Assembly: GCA_944391805.1 (NCBI GenBank)
Contig: CALXUY010000036.1
Coordinates: 4,772-68,771, forward strand
Direction of reading: 5' to 3'
DNA length: 64,000 nucleotides
Origin: an uncultured Clostridia bacterium
Lineage (GTDB): Bacteria; Bacillota; Clostridia; Oscillospirales; CAG-272
The notes under the pieces were generated by a model. It saw only the letters and a program-made list of their open reading frames with translations. It had not been told where the DNA came from and searched no databases. Made by a program: the position numbers and the translations under genes. Of this stretch, positions 19,778-33,302 are shown one piece after another. Numbering within the stretch: the first letter of the stretch is position 1; every line of letters begins with the position of its first letter.

Positions 19778-21175
19778 ATGATGAAACAATCCATCCTGGG
19801 CATGGTGCTGACGCTGACCGTTGCGCTGTCTGCCGCATCCTGCTCCTTCAACAATCCGGATGCGGAAAACATCCCGATACTGGGGGAATCCACAGCGCCC
19901 GACACAACCGATACCCCCTCCACCGAGGAGCCGCGGCAGCCTTCCGAGCCGTATCTGCTCATTGGCAAATGGTATGCCGCATCCGAAGCGATGGTCATGC
20001 AGTTTTTCAGCGACGGCAGCCTGAAGCTCTATGCGCTTACGCCCGGATATTATGAATATGCGGACATCTACGACGGAAGCTACACCTATGACGGCCTGAC
20101 CATCCAATATACGTTAGGAGACGGGACCTCTGTCACTGCCGACTGCACCGTAACCGAGGATGCCATACGCATGACAGCCTATTCGCAAACGCTGACGCTT
20201 GTGCCTACGGAAACACTCCCCGATCCGCATCCGGAGTACAGCCACCCGGACTTTGAAGCGCTTGCGGAGCGCTTCACACTGCCGGAGGGCAGCTTTACCG
20301 GAAACACCATCTCTACCGATCTGCGCGCCCAGGCGCTGGAGAACATCAAGGATCAATACTGGGCCGAGCATGAGATGCCGGAGCTGACCGAGGGAACCGC
20401 ACAGACGGGAGACGTTGTGAATATCGATTATACCGGATATCTCGACGGAGAGGCATTTGAAAACGGCGCCGCTCAGGATGTGCAAATCAAAATTTCCGAG
20501 AACAGCGGCTATATTCCCGGCTTTGCCGAAGGAATTGCAGGGCATGCAGTCGGTGAAACATTTGATGTTCCTGTCACCTTTCCGGAAGACTACGGAGAGG
20601 CCAGCCTGGCCGGCAAAGCAGTCGTTTTCCGTATGACGCTCAACTGCATCTATGACCGTACCATGACAGACGAAATGGCGGTGGAAAATGAATACGAGAG
20701 TATGGACGCATGGGTAAATGAGGTGTATAACGACTTGCTGAAGGCCAACGTCTGGGATCTGATTCCCGGGCTTTCCGACGCAGACGTTCCGCAGGAGGCA
20801 TATCAGTACTTCTATCAGTATAATTTGGATTACTTTCACGCCTATGCGTTCTACTACTTCCAAAACAATTACGAACGGTGTCTGCAGTATTTTGGTCTCA
20901 CCGAAGATCAGATCCTTACGGAATGCAAGGAAATTGCCCGCAGATATTTACAGAGCGCACAGATTGTTGCCCTCTTTGGCCTGACGCCGGACGCGGAGCT
21001 GACGGAACAACTCACCGAGGAATTCATTGCCGATTATATGAGCTCCGGATATACCCGAGAGGAGGCAGAGGCGGCGCTGGAAAATGAGGGAAAAGCCGAA
21101 TTCCGTGCCACGCTGCTTGCCGAAACGGCTGAAGTCTATCTGCTTGCAAACAACACATTTGCCGCGCAGGAATAA
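19778..21175 (+). CDS. Lipoprotein with a trigger-factor-type FKBP PPIase domain and C-terminal chaperone-like arm
   Basis: Signal peptide plus lipobox (LSAASC). TGDVVNIDYTGYLDGEAFENG...IPGFAEGIAGHAVGETFDVPVTFPEDYGEASLAGKAVVF parallels the Tig PPIase domain encoded at 15220. Confidence 0.7.
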   Translation: MMKQSILGMVLTLTVALSAASCSFNNPDAENIPILGESTAPDTTDTPSTEEPRQPSEPYLLIGKWYAASEAMVMQFFSDGSLKLYALTPGYYEYADIYDGSYTYDGLTIQYTLGDGTSVTADCTVTEDAIRMTAYSQTLTLVPTETLPDPHPEYSHPDFEALAERFTLPEGSFTGNTISTDLRAQALENIKDQYWAEHEMPELTEGTAQTGDVVNIDYTGYLDGEAFENGAAQDVQIKISENSGYIPGFAEGIAGHAVGETFDVPVTFPEDYGEASLAGKAVVFRMTLNCIYDRTMTDEMAVENEYESMDAWVNEVYNDLLKANVWDLIPGLSDADVPQEAYQYFYQYNLDYFHAYAFYYFQNNYERCLQYFGLTEDQILTECKEIARRYLQSAQIVALFGLTPDAELTEQLTEEFIADYMSSGYTREEAEAALENEGKAEFRATLLAETAEVYLLANNTFAAQE

Positions 21176-21181
21176 CGTTCT

Positions 21182-22129
21182 GTGCAGCCGACAATCCCAT
21201 CCAACAATATGATCAGACAAGGTATCAAAAATTATTTCTATTCGCTCCGGTATTTCTTTACCTCACTCGGAGTTCTTGCATTTGCGCTCGTGTGGGGGTT
21301 ATCCATTGCCATACCCGGCATTTCCGGGTGCGTCAGAGGTCTGATCGGCCAAATCGGCAGCACTGCCGCAGAATGGCAGATCGACTTTCCTTCTCTGATG
21401 GAATGTCTGGAGCAGAAAACTTCGGCTTTGGATTGGAACCGCCCGAATGAAGCACTGGAAGCTCTGCTCAGCCCGGAATGGATGACCGATACAATAAACG
21501 CCTGCCTGAACGCTGTGGGGGTGGACGGAGAAGCGGTCGCACTGCAGCTTTCCTCCGCCATCCTGGAGGCTGTACTGAACATCTTCTTATATGTGGTGCT
21601 TGTGGCAGTTTTCCTGTTCATCGGGCTGTTTGCCGGCACTGTGATCACAAAAATGCTGATTCGGAACGCCATTGCCAAGCGCTCCCTCAAAAAAACGCTG
21701 CTGGTGCTATTGGTAGACGCGCCGCTGTCAGCCGCGCTGGTGTTTTTGCTATCCTATCTGGTGCTGTTCGGCAGCATCGGCATTCTGCTCGCCGCCCTGC
21801 TCGCCTTTTTGCTGTTCGGTCTGATTTCCCTGCTGGAGGCATATATCGTGCACGCGTGGAAGCGGGTGCCCATGAAAGCGATCGTCAACCTGCGCAACAT
21901 CGGCAGTCTGCTGCTCTGTGATCTCCTGCTCGTTATGCTGACTGCGGTGCTGGTGATTCTGGTATCCGCAATTTCCACCCCCATCATCGGCTCGCTTTTC
22001 GGCATGACGCTGACGCAGATCACTCTGATTGTGGTGGGAATGAACGCCGAATCCTATGTGCTCAAAATCGTGCCGGAAATGTCCGTTCCATGCCTGTCTC
22101 CTGCCGCAAAAAAACCGGCAATCAAATAA
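21182..22129 (+). CDS. Polytopic membrane protein, function unknown
   Basis: At least six hydrophobic helices. Start is uncertain (GTG 21182 or ATG 21209). Confidence 0.5.
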   Translation: MQPTIPSNNMIRQGIKNYFYSLRYFFTSLGVLAFALVWGLSIAIPGISGCVRGLIGQIGSTAAEWQIDFPSLMECLEQKTSALDWNRPNEALEALLSPEWMTDTINACLNAVGVDGEAVALQLSSAILEAVLNIFLYVVLVAVFLFIGLFAGTVITKMLIRNAIAKRSLKKTLLVLLVDAPLSAALVFLLSYLVLFGSIGILLAALLAFLLFGLISLLEAYIVHAWKRVPMKAIVNLRNIGSLLLCDLLLVMLTAVLVILVSAISTPIIGSLFGMTLTQITLIVVGMNAESYVLKIVPEMSVPCLSPAAKKPAIK

Positions 22130-22136
22130 AAACGGC

Positions 22137-22182
22137 AAACAACCGGGGCAAAGCCAGCTCGTTGGCTTTGCCCCGGTTGTTT
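22137..22182. terminator. Bidirectional terminator between the membrane protein gene and purC
   Basis: Perfect 19-bp stem AAACAACCGGGGCAAAGCC / GGCTTTGCCCCGGTTGTTT. Confidence 0.7.
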
Positions 22183-22203
22183 GCCCATCCGATAGCGGCG
22201 CGG

Positions 22204-22890
22204 TTATCTGTTCAGAATCAGGCGGGTCAGCTCCACCGGATCAACGATTTTGCCGTTGCGGTAGACACGCATGTTACCGGAGGCAATTTCGTCAATCAGA
22301 ATCACCCTGCCGTTGTTGTAGCCGAACTCAAACTTGATGTCCCACAGATCAAGGCCGATGGATTTGAGATCGTCCGCGACAATTTTCGTGATTTTCAGGG
22401 TCTGCTCCTTCATACTGTCAAACTGCGCTTGTGTCATGACGCCCAGCGCAGCCAGCCCCTCGGAGGTCACCAGCGGGTCGCCCTTCTCGTCATTCTTAAA
22501 GGTGCATTCCACATAGCCGCCCTCCAGCGGGGTGCCGTCCTTGATGTACTCTCCATATCTGCGGATGAAGCTGCCGGTGGCAACCAAACGGCAAATGACC
22601 TCCAGACCATGTCCGAACACCTTGGCCGGGAGCACCTCCATTGTGGCATCCTCCACATTTGCGCTGACGTAATGGGTCTGAATGCCTGCGGCCTTCAGCA
22701 GCTCAAAATAATAGACCGAGGTTTGCAGATTGGCTTTGCCAATGCCCTCAATTGTCAGGCCGACGCTGTTTTCACCGGGATCAAACACACCGTCCTTGCC
22801 GGTGCAGTCGTCCTTGAATTTCAGCATGACATTTCCGTTTTCGAGGCTGTAGACATCCTTGGTTTTTCCGGAATAGATTTTTTTCATCAT
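22204..22890 (-). CDS. purC: Phosphoribosylaminoimidazole-succinocarboxamide (SAICAR) synthase
   Basis: [10 protein letters not shown] start and the short-form PurC pattern LKFKDD.TG.DG. Confidence 0.9.
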   Translation of the reverse strand: MMKKIYSGKTKDVYSLENGNVMLKFKDDCTGKDGVFDPGENSVGLTIEGIGKANLQTSVYYFELLKAAGIQTHYVSANVEDATMEVLPAKVFGHGLEVICRLVATGSFIRRYGEYIKDGTPLEGGYVECTFKNDEKGDPLVTSEGLAALGVMTQAQFDSMKEQTLKITKIVADDLKSIGLDLWDIKFEFGYNNGRVILIDEIASGNMRVYRNGKIVDPVELTRLILNR

Positions 22891-22921
22891 CCAAGCTCCT
22901 TTGCTCTGTAAATTCTCTCCT

Positions 22922-22951
22922 ATTATACCACACCACTGGCCGGCTTTTCAA
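22922..22951 (-). promoter_or_regulatory. Promoter of purC
   Basis: Minus strand reads TTGAAA, 18 nt, TATAAT. Confidence 0.45.
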
Positions 22952-23028
22952 TAGCTTTGTTGAATTTTCTTGAAATTCCGCCCGAAAATCGGCAGCAAGA
23001 GAAATGAGCCGGGCACAAAGTCCGGCTC

Positions 23029-23349
23029 CAGACTGTAGACCAAAGCAACGGCTTTCGTCAGTTTGATGAAAGTTTTGATCAAACTTTTTCAAAAGTTTGC
23101 GCGGTGGAGGGCGCGAAGCCCTCTCTCGCAAGGCGGTAAACCGCCAGAAATTTTGCTTCGCAAAAGTTTCCGCCCGCAGGCGGCGAAACAACCCTTTTGG
23201 GCGTTTCTTTTTGGCAAAATCTGCGAAGCAGATTTGCGGCTGAGCCATGCGAAGCCTTTGCTTCTTTCTTTGCGCCTACACGCTCAAAGAAAAAGCGGAC
23301 GAACGTTTTTGCGCAATTTTTATTTGATATGCCTTTTGTCTATAACCTG
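23029..23349. mobile_element. MITE-like non-coding element, copy A (321 bp)
   Basis: Ends CAGACTGTAGACCAAAGC ... GCCTTTTGTCTATAACCTG are imperfect inverted repeats. About 85 bp at the left and 90 bp at the right align with copy B at 48506-48740. Flanked by a duplicated carB terminator hairpin (23004-23028 and 23350-23374). Confidence 0.7.
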
Positions 23350-23399
23350 ATGAGCCGGACACAAAGCCCGGCTCATTGTAGTCGGCCCGAAATGATTGC

Positions 23400-26300
23400 T
23401 CAAGCCGGCGGCTGATCGCTCACCCGTCGTTTGGACTCGGCATCGATGGTGGAAATGCCCATGGTCACCTCCTCGAGCACATCGAGCAGCATCCGCACGG
23501 TATCCAGCGAGGTCAGCATGGTGATGTTGTTCTGCGCGGCGCAGCGGCGGATGGCAACCCCGTCGCCGAAATGCTTGCCCGAAAGAATTGCCCGGGTATT
23601 GATGACATAGCTCACATACCCCTGCCGGATGGAATCCAGCACCTCCTCGCTGCCCTCGCTCGGCTTGTGCCGGATGCGGGTGCGGATGCCGTGATCCTTG
23701 AGATACTGTCCGGTCAGGGTGGTTGCCTCGATGTTAAAGCCCATCTCGTAAAACCGCCGTACCAGCGGCAGGGTCTCCTCCTTGTCCTCATCGGCAACGC
23801 TGACCACAACCGTGCCGTAATTGCGGAGCGTCAGCCCCGACGCGATCATGGCCTTGTACATGGCGCGATGCAGCTTTTTGTCATAGCCGATGGCCTCTCC
23901 GGTGGATTTCATTTCGGGGGAAAGATAGGCGTCCATTCCCCGGAGCTTGGAGAAGGAGAATGCCGGCGCCTTGACATAGTAGCGCGATTGCTCCTCCGGG
24001 TAAATCCGGTCCAGCCCCTGCTCGTGAAGGCTCTTGCCGAGAATCACCAGCGTGGCAATATCCGCAAGGCTGTAGCCCGTGGCCTTGGAGAGAAAGGGCA
24101 CGGTTCTCGACGACCGCGGGTTGACCTCAATGATATATACGCTGTTGTTCTCGTCCACAATAAACTGGATGTTGTAAAGCCCGATGATGTCGATGCCGAG
24201 GCCGAGCTTTTCGGTATACGCGAGAATGGTCTGCTTGACCTGCTCCGGAATCGAGAAGGTGGGGTACACGCTGATGGAGTCCCCCGAATGAATGCCGGTG
24301 CGTTCCACCAGCTCCATGATGCCGGGCACAAACACGCGCTCCCCGTCGCAGATGGCGTCAACCTCCACCTCCTTGCCGCGGATATATTTGTCGACCAGAA
24401 CCGGTTTGTCCTCGTCGATCTCCACGGCGGTTTTGAGATAGTCGCGCAGCGCGTCCTCCTTGGCCACAATCTGCATGGCCCGGCCCCCGAGCACAAAGCT
24501 GGGGCGGACGAGCACAGGATACCCGATTTCCTCCGCCGCGCGCACGCCCTCCTCAATGCTGGTCACCGCCCTGCCCTTTGGCTGGGGAATGCGCAGCTCC
24601 GAGAGCAGCTTTTCAAAGGCGTCCCGGTTTTCGGCCTTCTCGATCGCGTCACAGTCGGTGCCGATGATCTTCACGCCGCGCTCTGCCAGCGGCCCGGCCA
24701 GATTGATGGCGGTCTGCCCGCCAAGCGTGGCAATCACGCCCTCGGGCTGCTCCAGCTCGATGACGTTCATCACATCCTCCACGCAAAGCGGCTCAAAATA
24801 GAGCTTATCCGAGCAGGTATAGTCGGTGGAAACCGTTTCGGGGTTGTTGTTGATGATGATGGCCTCATAGCCAGCCGCCTTGATGGTTTGCACGGCATGC
24901 ACCGTCGAGTAGTCGAACTCCACCCCCTGACCGATGCGGATCGGGCCGGAGCCCAGCACGACCACCTTTTTCCGGGATGAGACAACCGACTCGTTTTCCT
25001 CCTCGTATGTGGAATAGAAATAGGGGATATAGCTCTCGAACTCCGAGGCGCAGGTGTCGATCATCTTGTAAACCGGAGCAATCCCCTGCGTGCGGCGGAG
25101 CCGATACACCTCCAGCTCGCTCATGTTCCAAAGGGAAGCCACCTCCCTGTCGGAAAATCCCATTTTTTTGGCCTCGGCCAGCTCCCGGAGATCTCCCGGG
25201 TGTGCGGCCAGCTCCCGCTCCTCCTCCACTATGTTCTGCAGCTTGCGGATAAAGAGCATGTCGATGCCGGTTGCGCTGGCGATTCTCCCCGCGTCGCAAG
25301 CTCTGCGCAGCAGCTCGGCCATGGCATAAATCCGGTCATCCGTGCCAATTTTGATATAATCCAGCAATTCCGAATCGCTGACCTCATCAAATTTGCGATT
25401 GTGCAGATGATACAATCCGATTTCCAAAGACCGGACGGCTTTGAGAAGGCTCTCCTCAATCGTGCGGCCGATGCTCATCACCTCGCCGGTCGCCTTCATC
25501 TGTGTGGAAAGCGAATTGTTGGCGTCGGCAAATTTGTCAAACGGGAAGCGCGGCATTTTGGTCACCACATAATCCAGCGTCGGCTCAAAGGAGGCGGGAG
25601 TATTGGCGATCCGAATCTCGTCCAGCGTCATGCCCACGCCGATTTTGGCCGAAACGCGGGCGATGGGGTATCCGCTCGCCTTGGAGGCCAGCGCCGACGA
25701 GCGGGACACGCGGGGATTGACCTCGATCAGATAATATTGGAAGGAATAGGGGTCCAGCGCGAACTGCACATTGCAGCCTCCCTCGATCTTCAGCGCGCGG
25801 ATAATTTTGAGCGCGCTGTCCCGCAGCATGTGATACTCCTTATTGGCGAGTGTCTGGGAGGGGCAGACCACAATCGAATCCCCGGTGTGAATGCCAACGG
25901 GGTCCACGTTCTCCATATTGCAGATCGTGATGGCCGTGTCGTTGCGGTCGCGCATCACCTCGTATTCGATTTCTTTGAAGCCCTTGATGCTCTTTTCGAT
26001 CAGCACCTGACCGACAGGAGAGAGCGACAGGCCGTTCTTCATCAGCGGAATGAGCTCCTCCTCGTTGTCGGCAAAGCCTCCGCCGGTTCCTCCCAGCGTA
26101 AAGGCGGGGCGCAGCACCACCGGATAGCCGATTCCGGCGGCAACGGCCAGGCCCTCCTCCACCGTACCGGCAATACCCGAAGGGAGAACCGGCTCCCCAA
26201 GGCTCTGGCAAAGCTCCTTGAACAGCTCGCGGTCCTCTGCACGCTCGATGGACTCACTGCTGGTTCCGAGCAGCTCCACGCGACACTCCCTGAGAATCCC

Positions 26301-26615
26301 CTTCTTCTCGAGCTGCATGGCAAGGTTCAGCCCGGTCTGCCCACCGATGCCCGGAAGAATTGCGTCCGGCCGCTCATAGCGGATGATTTTTGCGATATAC
26401 TCCAGCGTCAGCGGCTCCATGTAAACCTTATCGGCAATGCTGGTGTCAGTCATGATGGTGGCGGGGTTGGAGTTGCAGAGCACCACCTCGTAGCCCTCCT
26501 CCTTGAGCGCGAGGCAGGCCTGCGTTCCGGCATAGTCGAACTCGGCCGCCTGACCGATCACAATCGGACCGGAGCCGATGACAAGCACCTTTCTGATATC
26601 GGTTCTCTTAGGCAT
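23400..26615 (-). CDS. carB: Carbamoyl-phosphate synthase large subunit
   Basis: 1071 aa. [25 protein letters not shown] start and duplicated ATP-grasp halves. Confidence 0.95.
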   Translation of the reverse strand: MPKRTDIRKVLVIGSGPIVIGQAAEFDYAGTQACLALKEEGYEVVLCNSNPATIMTDTSIADKVYMEPLTLEYIAKIIRYERPDAILPGIGGQTGLNLAMQLEKKGILRECRVELLGTSSESIERAEDRELFKELCQSLGEPVLPSGIAGTVEEGLAVAAGIGYPVVLRPAFTLGGTGGGFADNEEELIPLMKNGLSLSPVGQVLIEKSIKGFKEIEYEVMRDRNDTAITICNMENVDPVGIHTGDSIVVCPSQTLANKEYHMLRDSALKIIRALKIEGGCNVQFALDPYSFQYYLIEVNPRVSRSSALASKASGYPIARVSAKIGVGMTLDEIRIANTPASFEPTLDYVVTKMPRFPFDKFADANNSLSTQMKATGEVMSIGRTIEESLLKAVRSLEIGLYHLHNRKFDEVSDSELLDYIKIGTDDRIYAMAELLRRACDAGRIASATGIDMLFIRKLQNIVEEERELAAHPGDLRELAEAKKMGFSDREVASLWNMSELEVYRLRRTQGIAPVYKMIDTCASEFESYIPYFYSTYEEENESVVSSRKKVVVLGSGPIRIGQGVEFDYSTVHAVQTIKAAGYEAIIINNNPETVSTDYTCSDKLYFEPLCVEDVMNVIELEQPEGVIATLGGQTAINLAGPLAERGVKIIGTDCDAIEKAENRDAFEKLLSELRIPQPKGRAVTSIEEGVRAAEEIGYPVLVRPSFVLGGRAMQIVAKEDALRDYLKTAVEIDEDKPVLVDKYIRGKEVEVDAICDGERVFVPGIMELVERTGIHSGDSISVYPTFSIPEQVKQTILAYTEKLGLGIDIIGLYNIQFIVDENNSVYIIEVNPRSSRTVPFLSKATGYSLADIATLVILGKSLHEQGLDRIYPEEQSRYYVKAPAFSFSKLRGMDAYLSPEMKSTGEAIGYDKKLHRAMYKAMIASGLTLRNYGTVVVSVADEDKEETLPLVRRFYEMGFNIEATTLTGQYLKDHGIRTRIRHKPSEGSEEVLDSIRQGYVSYVINTRAILSGKHFGDGVAIRRCAAQNNITMLTSLDTVRMLLDVLEEVTMGISTIDAESKRRVSDQPPA

Positions 26616-27705
26616 GCTTTTTCTCCCCCTCCATCATATCCAGAAACTGGTCAAACAAGTACGCCGAATCCTGCGGCCCGGGCGCGCTCTCGGGATGATA
26701 CTGCACGCTGAACACCCGGTCCTGCACGCACCGCACGCCCTCCACGGTCTGATCAAGCAGGTTGACATGCGTCACGGTCAGGCGGGTGCCGGCCAGACTG
26801 CCGGCGTCCACCGCATAGGAGTGGTTCTGCGAAGTGATTTCGATCCGGCCGGTTTCAAGATTGCGCACCGGATGGTTGCCTCCGCGATGACCGAATTTGA
26901 GCTTATAGGTTTTCGCGCCATAGGCCAGCGAAATGATCTGATGGCCAAGGCAGATGCCGAACACCGGATATCTGCCGCACAGCGCCCGCACCGCTTCGAT
27001 GACGGGCGGCACGTCGGTGGGGTCTCCCGGGCCGTTGGAGATGAACACCCCGTCGGGAGACAGCTTTTCGATCTCGGATGCCGGCGTGCTCCACGGAACC
27101 ACCGTCACCGAGCAGCCCCGCCGGTTCAGGGAGCGCACGATATTCTGCTTCATGCCGCAGTCGATCGCAACCACATGGTATTTTTCGTTCGGTACACGGG
27201 AATACCAGATGCTTTTGCAGCTGACTCTTGATACGGCGTCGGTCGGAACCGCGGTCTGCCGCAGGATGCGCAGCCCCTCCTCCCTCGGCGTGTCCGCCCC
27301 TGTGAGCAGCACCCGGCGGGAGCCGAAATCCCGGATGGAACGGGTCAGCCTGCGGGTATCCACGCCGCAAAGCCCGGGAATCCGGTATTTTTTCATCACC
27401 TCGTCAAGCGTCGCCGTGCTTCGGAAATTGGAGGGCATATCGTTGTATTCCCGCACGATCAGCGCGCCGATGGTGGGCGTGTTGGTCTCGTAATCGTCGT
27501 CGCAGATGCCGTAGTTACCGATCAGCGGATAGGTCATGACCACGGCCTGATCGGTATAGGACGGGTCGGATACAATCTCCTGGTACCCCACCATGGAGGT
27601 GTTGAATACAATTTCGCAGACCCGGTCCGAGCCGTCGCCAAAGCCGTATCCGTAATATTCTCCGCTGTCCTCCAGAATGATTTTCCTGTTGTAGCTCCGA
27701 ACCAT
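26608..27705 (-). CDS. carA: Carbamoyl-phosphate synthase small (glutamine amidotransferase) subunit
   Basis: GICLGHQ catalytic Cys box and HPE near the C-terminus. GGAGGTG RBS before the ATG at 27705. Overlaps the carB start. Confidence 0.9.
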   Translation of the reverse strand: MVRSYNRKIILEDSGEYYGYGFGDGSDRVCEIVFNTSMVGYQEIVSDPSYTDQAVVMTYPLIGNYGICDDDYETNTPTIGALIVREYNDMPSNFRSTATLDEVMKKYRIPGLCGVDTRRLTRSIRDFGSRRVLLTGADTPREEGLRILRQTAVPTDAVSRVSCKSIWYSRVPNEKYHVVAIDCGMKQNIVRSLNRRGCSVTVVPWSTPASEIEKLSPDGVFISNGPGDPTDVPPVIEAVRALCGRYPVFGICLGHQIISLAYGAKTYKLKFGHRGGNHPVRNLETGRIEITSQNHSYAVDAGSLAGTRLTVTHVNLLDQTVEGVRCVQDRVFSVQYHPESAPGPQDSAYLFDQFLDMMEGEKKHA

Positions 27706-27706
27706 A

Positions 27707-30966
<3,260 letters not shown>

Positions 30967-31022
30967 TCAAGCCGTCCCGCGGCAGCAAAAAAAGACAAAG
31001 ACGCCTTTTTCATTCCAGAATC

Positions 31023-31040
31023 AAAGACGCCTTTGCCTTT
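31023..31040 (-). promoter_or_regulatory. Hexaloop hairpin AAAGGC-AAAGGC-GUCUUU in the pyrG leader
   Basis: On the minus-strand RNA this forms a 6-bp stem (with one G:U pair) and the loop AAAGGC. The same 17-nt motif AAAGGCAAAGRCGTCTT occurs twice in the GS type III leader. A partial direct repeat lies at 30996-31008. Confidence 0.35.
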
Positions 31041-31104
31041 TTGATATTTTCTTGTATAACGGAGCCGAAAAACCTCATCGGCGCCATTTCTTTTACCGCA
31101 GAAT

Positions 31105-31133
31105 ATTATACACCATTTCGGCCAATTTGTCAA
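31105..31133 (-). promoter_or_regulatory. Consensus promoter of pyrG-purF-carAB
   Basis: Minus strand reads TTGACA, 17 nt, TATAAT, about 350 nt upstream of the pyrG ATG. Confidence 0.6.
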
Positions 31134-31160
31134 TAGGCTGACGAAAAAATGATCATGAAA

Positions 31161-31210
31161 AATGCGGCACAGAGCCGCCGGTTCTCCTCCGGCAGCGCCT
31201 GTGCCGCATT
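31161..31210. terminator. Terminator after asnB (T-runs on both strands)
   Basis: 12-bp stem AATGCGGCACAG / CTGTGCCGCATT. Confidence 0.65.
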
Positions 31211-31361
31211 GCAGTTTTTTCTCTGTATTCCGTATCTGCCCGAAGCAGCCGACCGCGGCAGGAGTGCGGGCCCCATCTGCCCGAAGCCCCACCTGTCAAA
31301 GCCCCGTCTTGGAAGGCCGGACTGCCGGCAACCCGCATGTTGTATGCCACCCGCCTGCCGG

Positions 31362-32945
31362 CTATACGCCGCTTGCTCCGTAGTTGGACAGAACGCGGGC
31401 GGAGGGATCATTGACGTCGCACCCCTGCCATGCCCGGTTGGGCATCCAGAAATCAACAATCATTTCGGATTGTCCGGGATAATAGCGCTCGAAGATCTCG
31501 CGGTAGAGCAGTGATTCCTTTGTAAAGGGCATGGCGTGCCGATAGCGCAGGCGCTTCTCCTCAAATTCCGCGTCGGTATACATGCGCTCGGCGTATGCCT
31601 TGAGGTCGTCCACCATCGAGTGCCCGACCGCGTCCGAAAAGGCGGCCTTTTCACGCCAGAGAATTTCATCCGGCAGATACCCCAGCCCCTCAAACGCATG
31701 GCGCAGCAGATACTTTCCCTTCCCGTACCGGTTGAGCTTCCGCTCGGGGTCCACCGACAGAACATACCGCACAAAATCCAAATCGCCGAACGGCACCCTC
31801 GCCTCGAGCGAGTTGACCGAGATGCAGCGGTCCGCCCGGAGCACGTCATACATATGCAGCTCGCGGACTCTCTTTTCGGATTCCTCCTGAAAGGCCGCGG
31901 CGCTCGGCGCAAAATCGGTGTATTTATAGCCGAACAGCTCGTCGGAAATCTCTCCGGTGAGCAGAACCCGGATGTCGGTCCGCTCATGAATGGCCCGGCA
32001 AAGCAGATACATGCCCATGCTGGCCCGGATAGTGGTGATGTCAAAGGTTCCGAGCATGGCAATCACGGCTTCCAGCGAGGAGAGAACATCATCAGGGGTC
32101 ATGTACACCTCGGTGTGCTCGCTGCCGATATAGTCCGCCACCTGCTTTGCGTATTTGAGGTCGATCGCGTCCTCACTCATACCGATGGCAAATGTTTGGA
32201 TCGGTTCCCTGCTCTGCCGCTGTGCAATCGCGCACACCAAAGAGGAGTCAAGACCTCCGGAAAGCAGAAATCCCACCTTCGCGTCGGCCACCAGCCGCTT
32301 CTCCACCCCTGCAATCAGCTTTTCGCGGATGTTTTTGCACACGGTCTCCAGATCATCCGTGCAAACGGCGTCAACCTTTGCAATATCGGTATAGCGGACA
32401 AATTCCCCTCCCCGGTAATAGCAGCCGGGCGGGAACGGCAGGATGCTCTCGCACAGCCCCACCAGGTTTTTCGCCTCGCTGGCAAACACAATCACGCCGG
32501 ATGCATCGTACCCGTAATACAGGGGGCGGATGCCGATGGGGTCGCGGGCGGCGATGTATTCCCCGGTTTTGCCGTCGTAGAGGATACAGGCGAACTCGGC
32601 GTCCAGCATAGCGAACATACCGGTTCCGTACTCGCGGTACAGGGGAAGCAAAATCTCGCAGTCGCTGTCGCTGCGGAAGGTGTAGCCTTTTCCGATCAGC
32701 TCCTCCTTCAGCCGCGCAAAGCCGTAAATCTCCCCGTTGCAAACCGCATAGCTGCCGTCCAGCTCAAACGGCTGCATTCCCGACGGAGTCAGCCCCATGA
32801 TGGCGAGGCGGTGAAAGCCGAGCAGCCCACATCCGGTATCGATTATTTTCGAGTCGTCCGGCCCGCGCGAGACCGTCCGCGCAAAGCCCTCGGAAAACGA
32901 CGCAAAAGGGGCGCCGCTCCCACAGTAACCCATGATTGAACACAT
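31362..32945 (-). CDS. asnB: Asparagine synthase (glutamine-hydrolysing)
   Basis: Start chosen so that Cys2 is the N-terminal nucleophile (MCSIMGY), with a GGAGGA RBS. SGGLDSS PP-loop present. Confidence 0.9.
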   Translation of the reverse strand: MCSIMGYCGSGAPFASFSEGFARTVSRGPDDSKIIDTGCGLLGFHRLAIMGLTPSGMQPFELDGSYAVCNGEIYGFARLKEELIGKGYTFRSDSDCEILLPLYREYGTGMFAMLDAEFACILYDGKTGEYIAARDPIGIRPLYYGYDASGVIVFASEAKNLVGLCESILPFPPGCYYRGGEFVRYTDIAKVDAVCTDDLETVCKNIREKLIAGVEKRLVADAKVGFLLSGGLDSSLVCAIAQRQSREPIQTFAIGMSEDAIDLKYAKQVADYIGSEHTEVYMTPDDVLSSLEAVIAMLGTFDITTIRASMGMYLLCRAIHERTDIRVLLTGEISDELFGYKYTDFAPSAAAFQEESEKRVRELHMYDVLRADRCISVNSLEARVPFGDLDFVRYVLSVDPERKLNRYGKGKYLLRHAFEGLGYLPDEILWREKAAFSDAVGHSMVDDLKAYAERMYTDAEFEEKRLRYRHAMPFTKESLLYREIFERYYPGQSEMIVDFWMPNRAWQGCDVNDPSARVLSNYGASGV

Positions 32946-33210
32946 AATCGTTTCCTCCGAAACAAAAGATTTCAGCATTCTATAGGGCAAGTGCTGTACT
33001 CGCGGTGCCACCTATATTTGTTCTTTTTTTCGCCTCCGATAAGGCTGTGTCGATTGACGCACGACCGGGCGGCGCACCTACTCGGGGTTCCCCTTTCGGA
33101 TTGCAGCTCGAAAAGTGTTCTTCATGCGGCCCTGCCATACGGCTCCCACCGTCCCGCACTCGCTGTGGGCAGGATTCCCGCATTACTTTTCTTTTCTCTA
33201 ACGCTTTTGG
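32946..33210 (-). promoter_or_regulatory. T-box leader (probable Asn specifier) upstream of asnB
   Basis: The minus strand carries AGAGA and AGTA stem I elements, GGTGGGAG in a distal-loop-like region, a GAAGAACA specifier-loop candidate (AAC at 33117-33119) and the T-box sequence AAATATAGGTGGCACCGCG (33001-33012). Confidence 0.6.
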
Positions 33211-33302
33211 TTCCGGCCGCGGCCACACTGCCGCGCGGCCTGCCGGGGTTCTGCCCGGGCGGGCAGATGTGTGCGAATCACCGGGACTGACAGCCGGCGC
33301 GC

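Noticed and set aside
23063-23350. ORFs starting MMKVLIKLFQKFA inside both MITE copies (also 48540-48755)
   Set aside because: The reading frames diverge after indels between copies, the products are low-complexity, and the sequence is better explained as a structured non-coding repeat.
23571-26711. Two long plus-strand ORFs (469 and 503 aa) antisense to carB
   Set aside because: Shadow ORFs inside a highly conserved gene, rich in Arg/His/Gly/Leu.
31023-31040. Tandem AAAGGC AAAGGC hexamers and related repeats, considered as a CRISPR-like or tandem-repeat array
   Set aside because: There are only two units, and they fold as a stem plus loop of one hairpin. No repeat-spacer periodicity occurs anywhere in the window.
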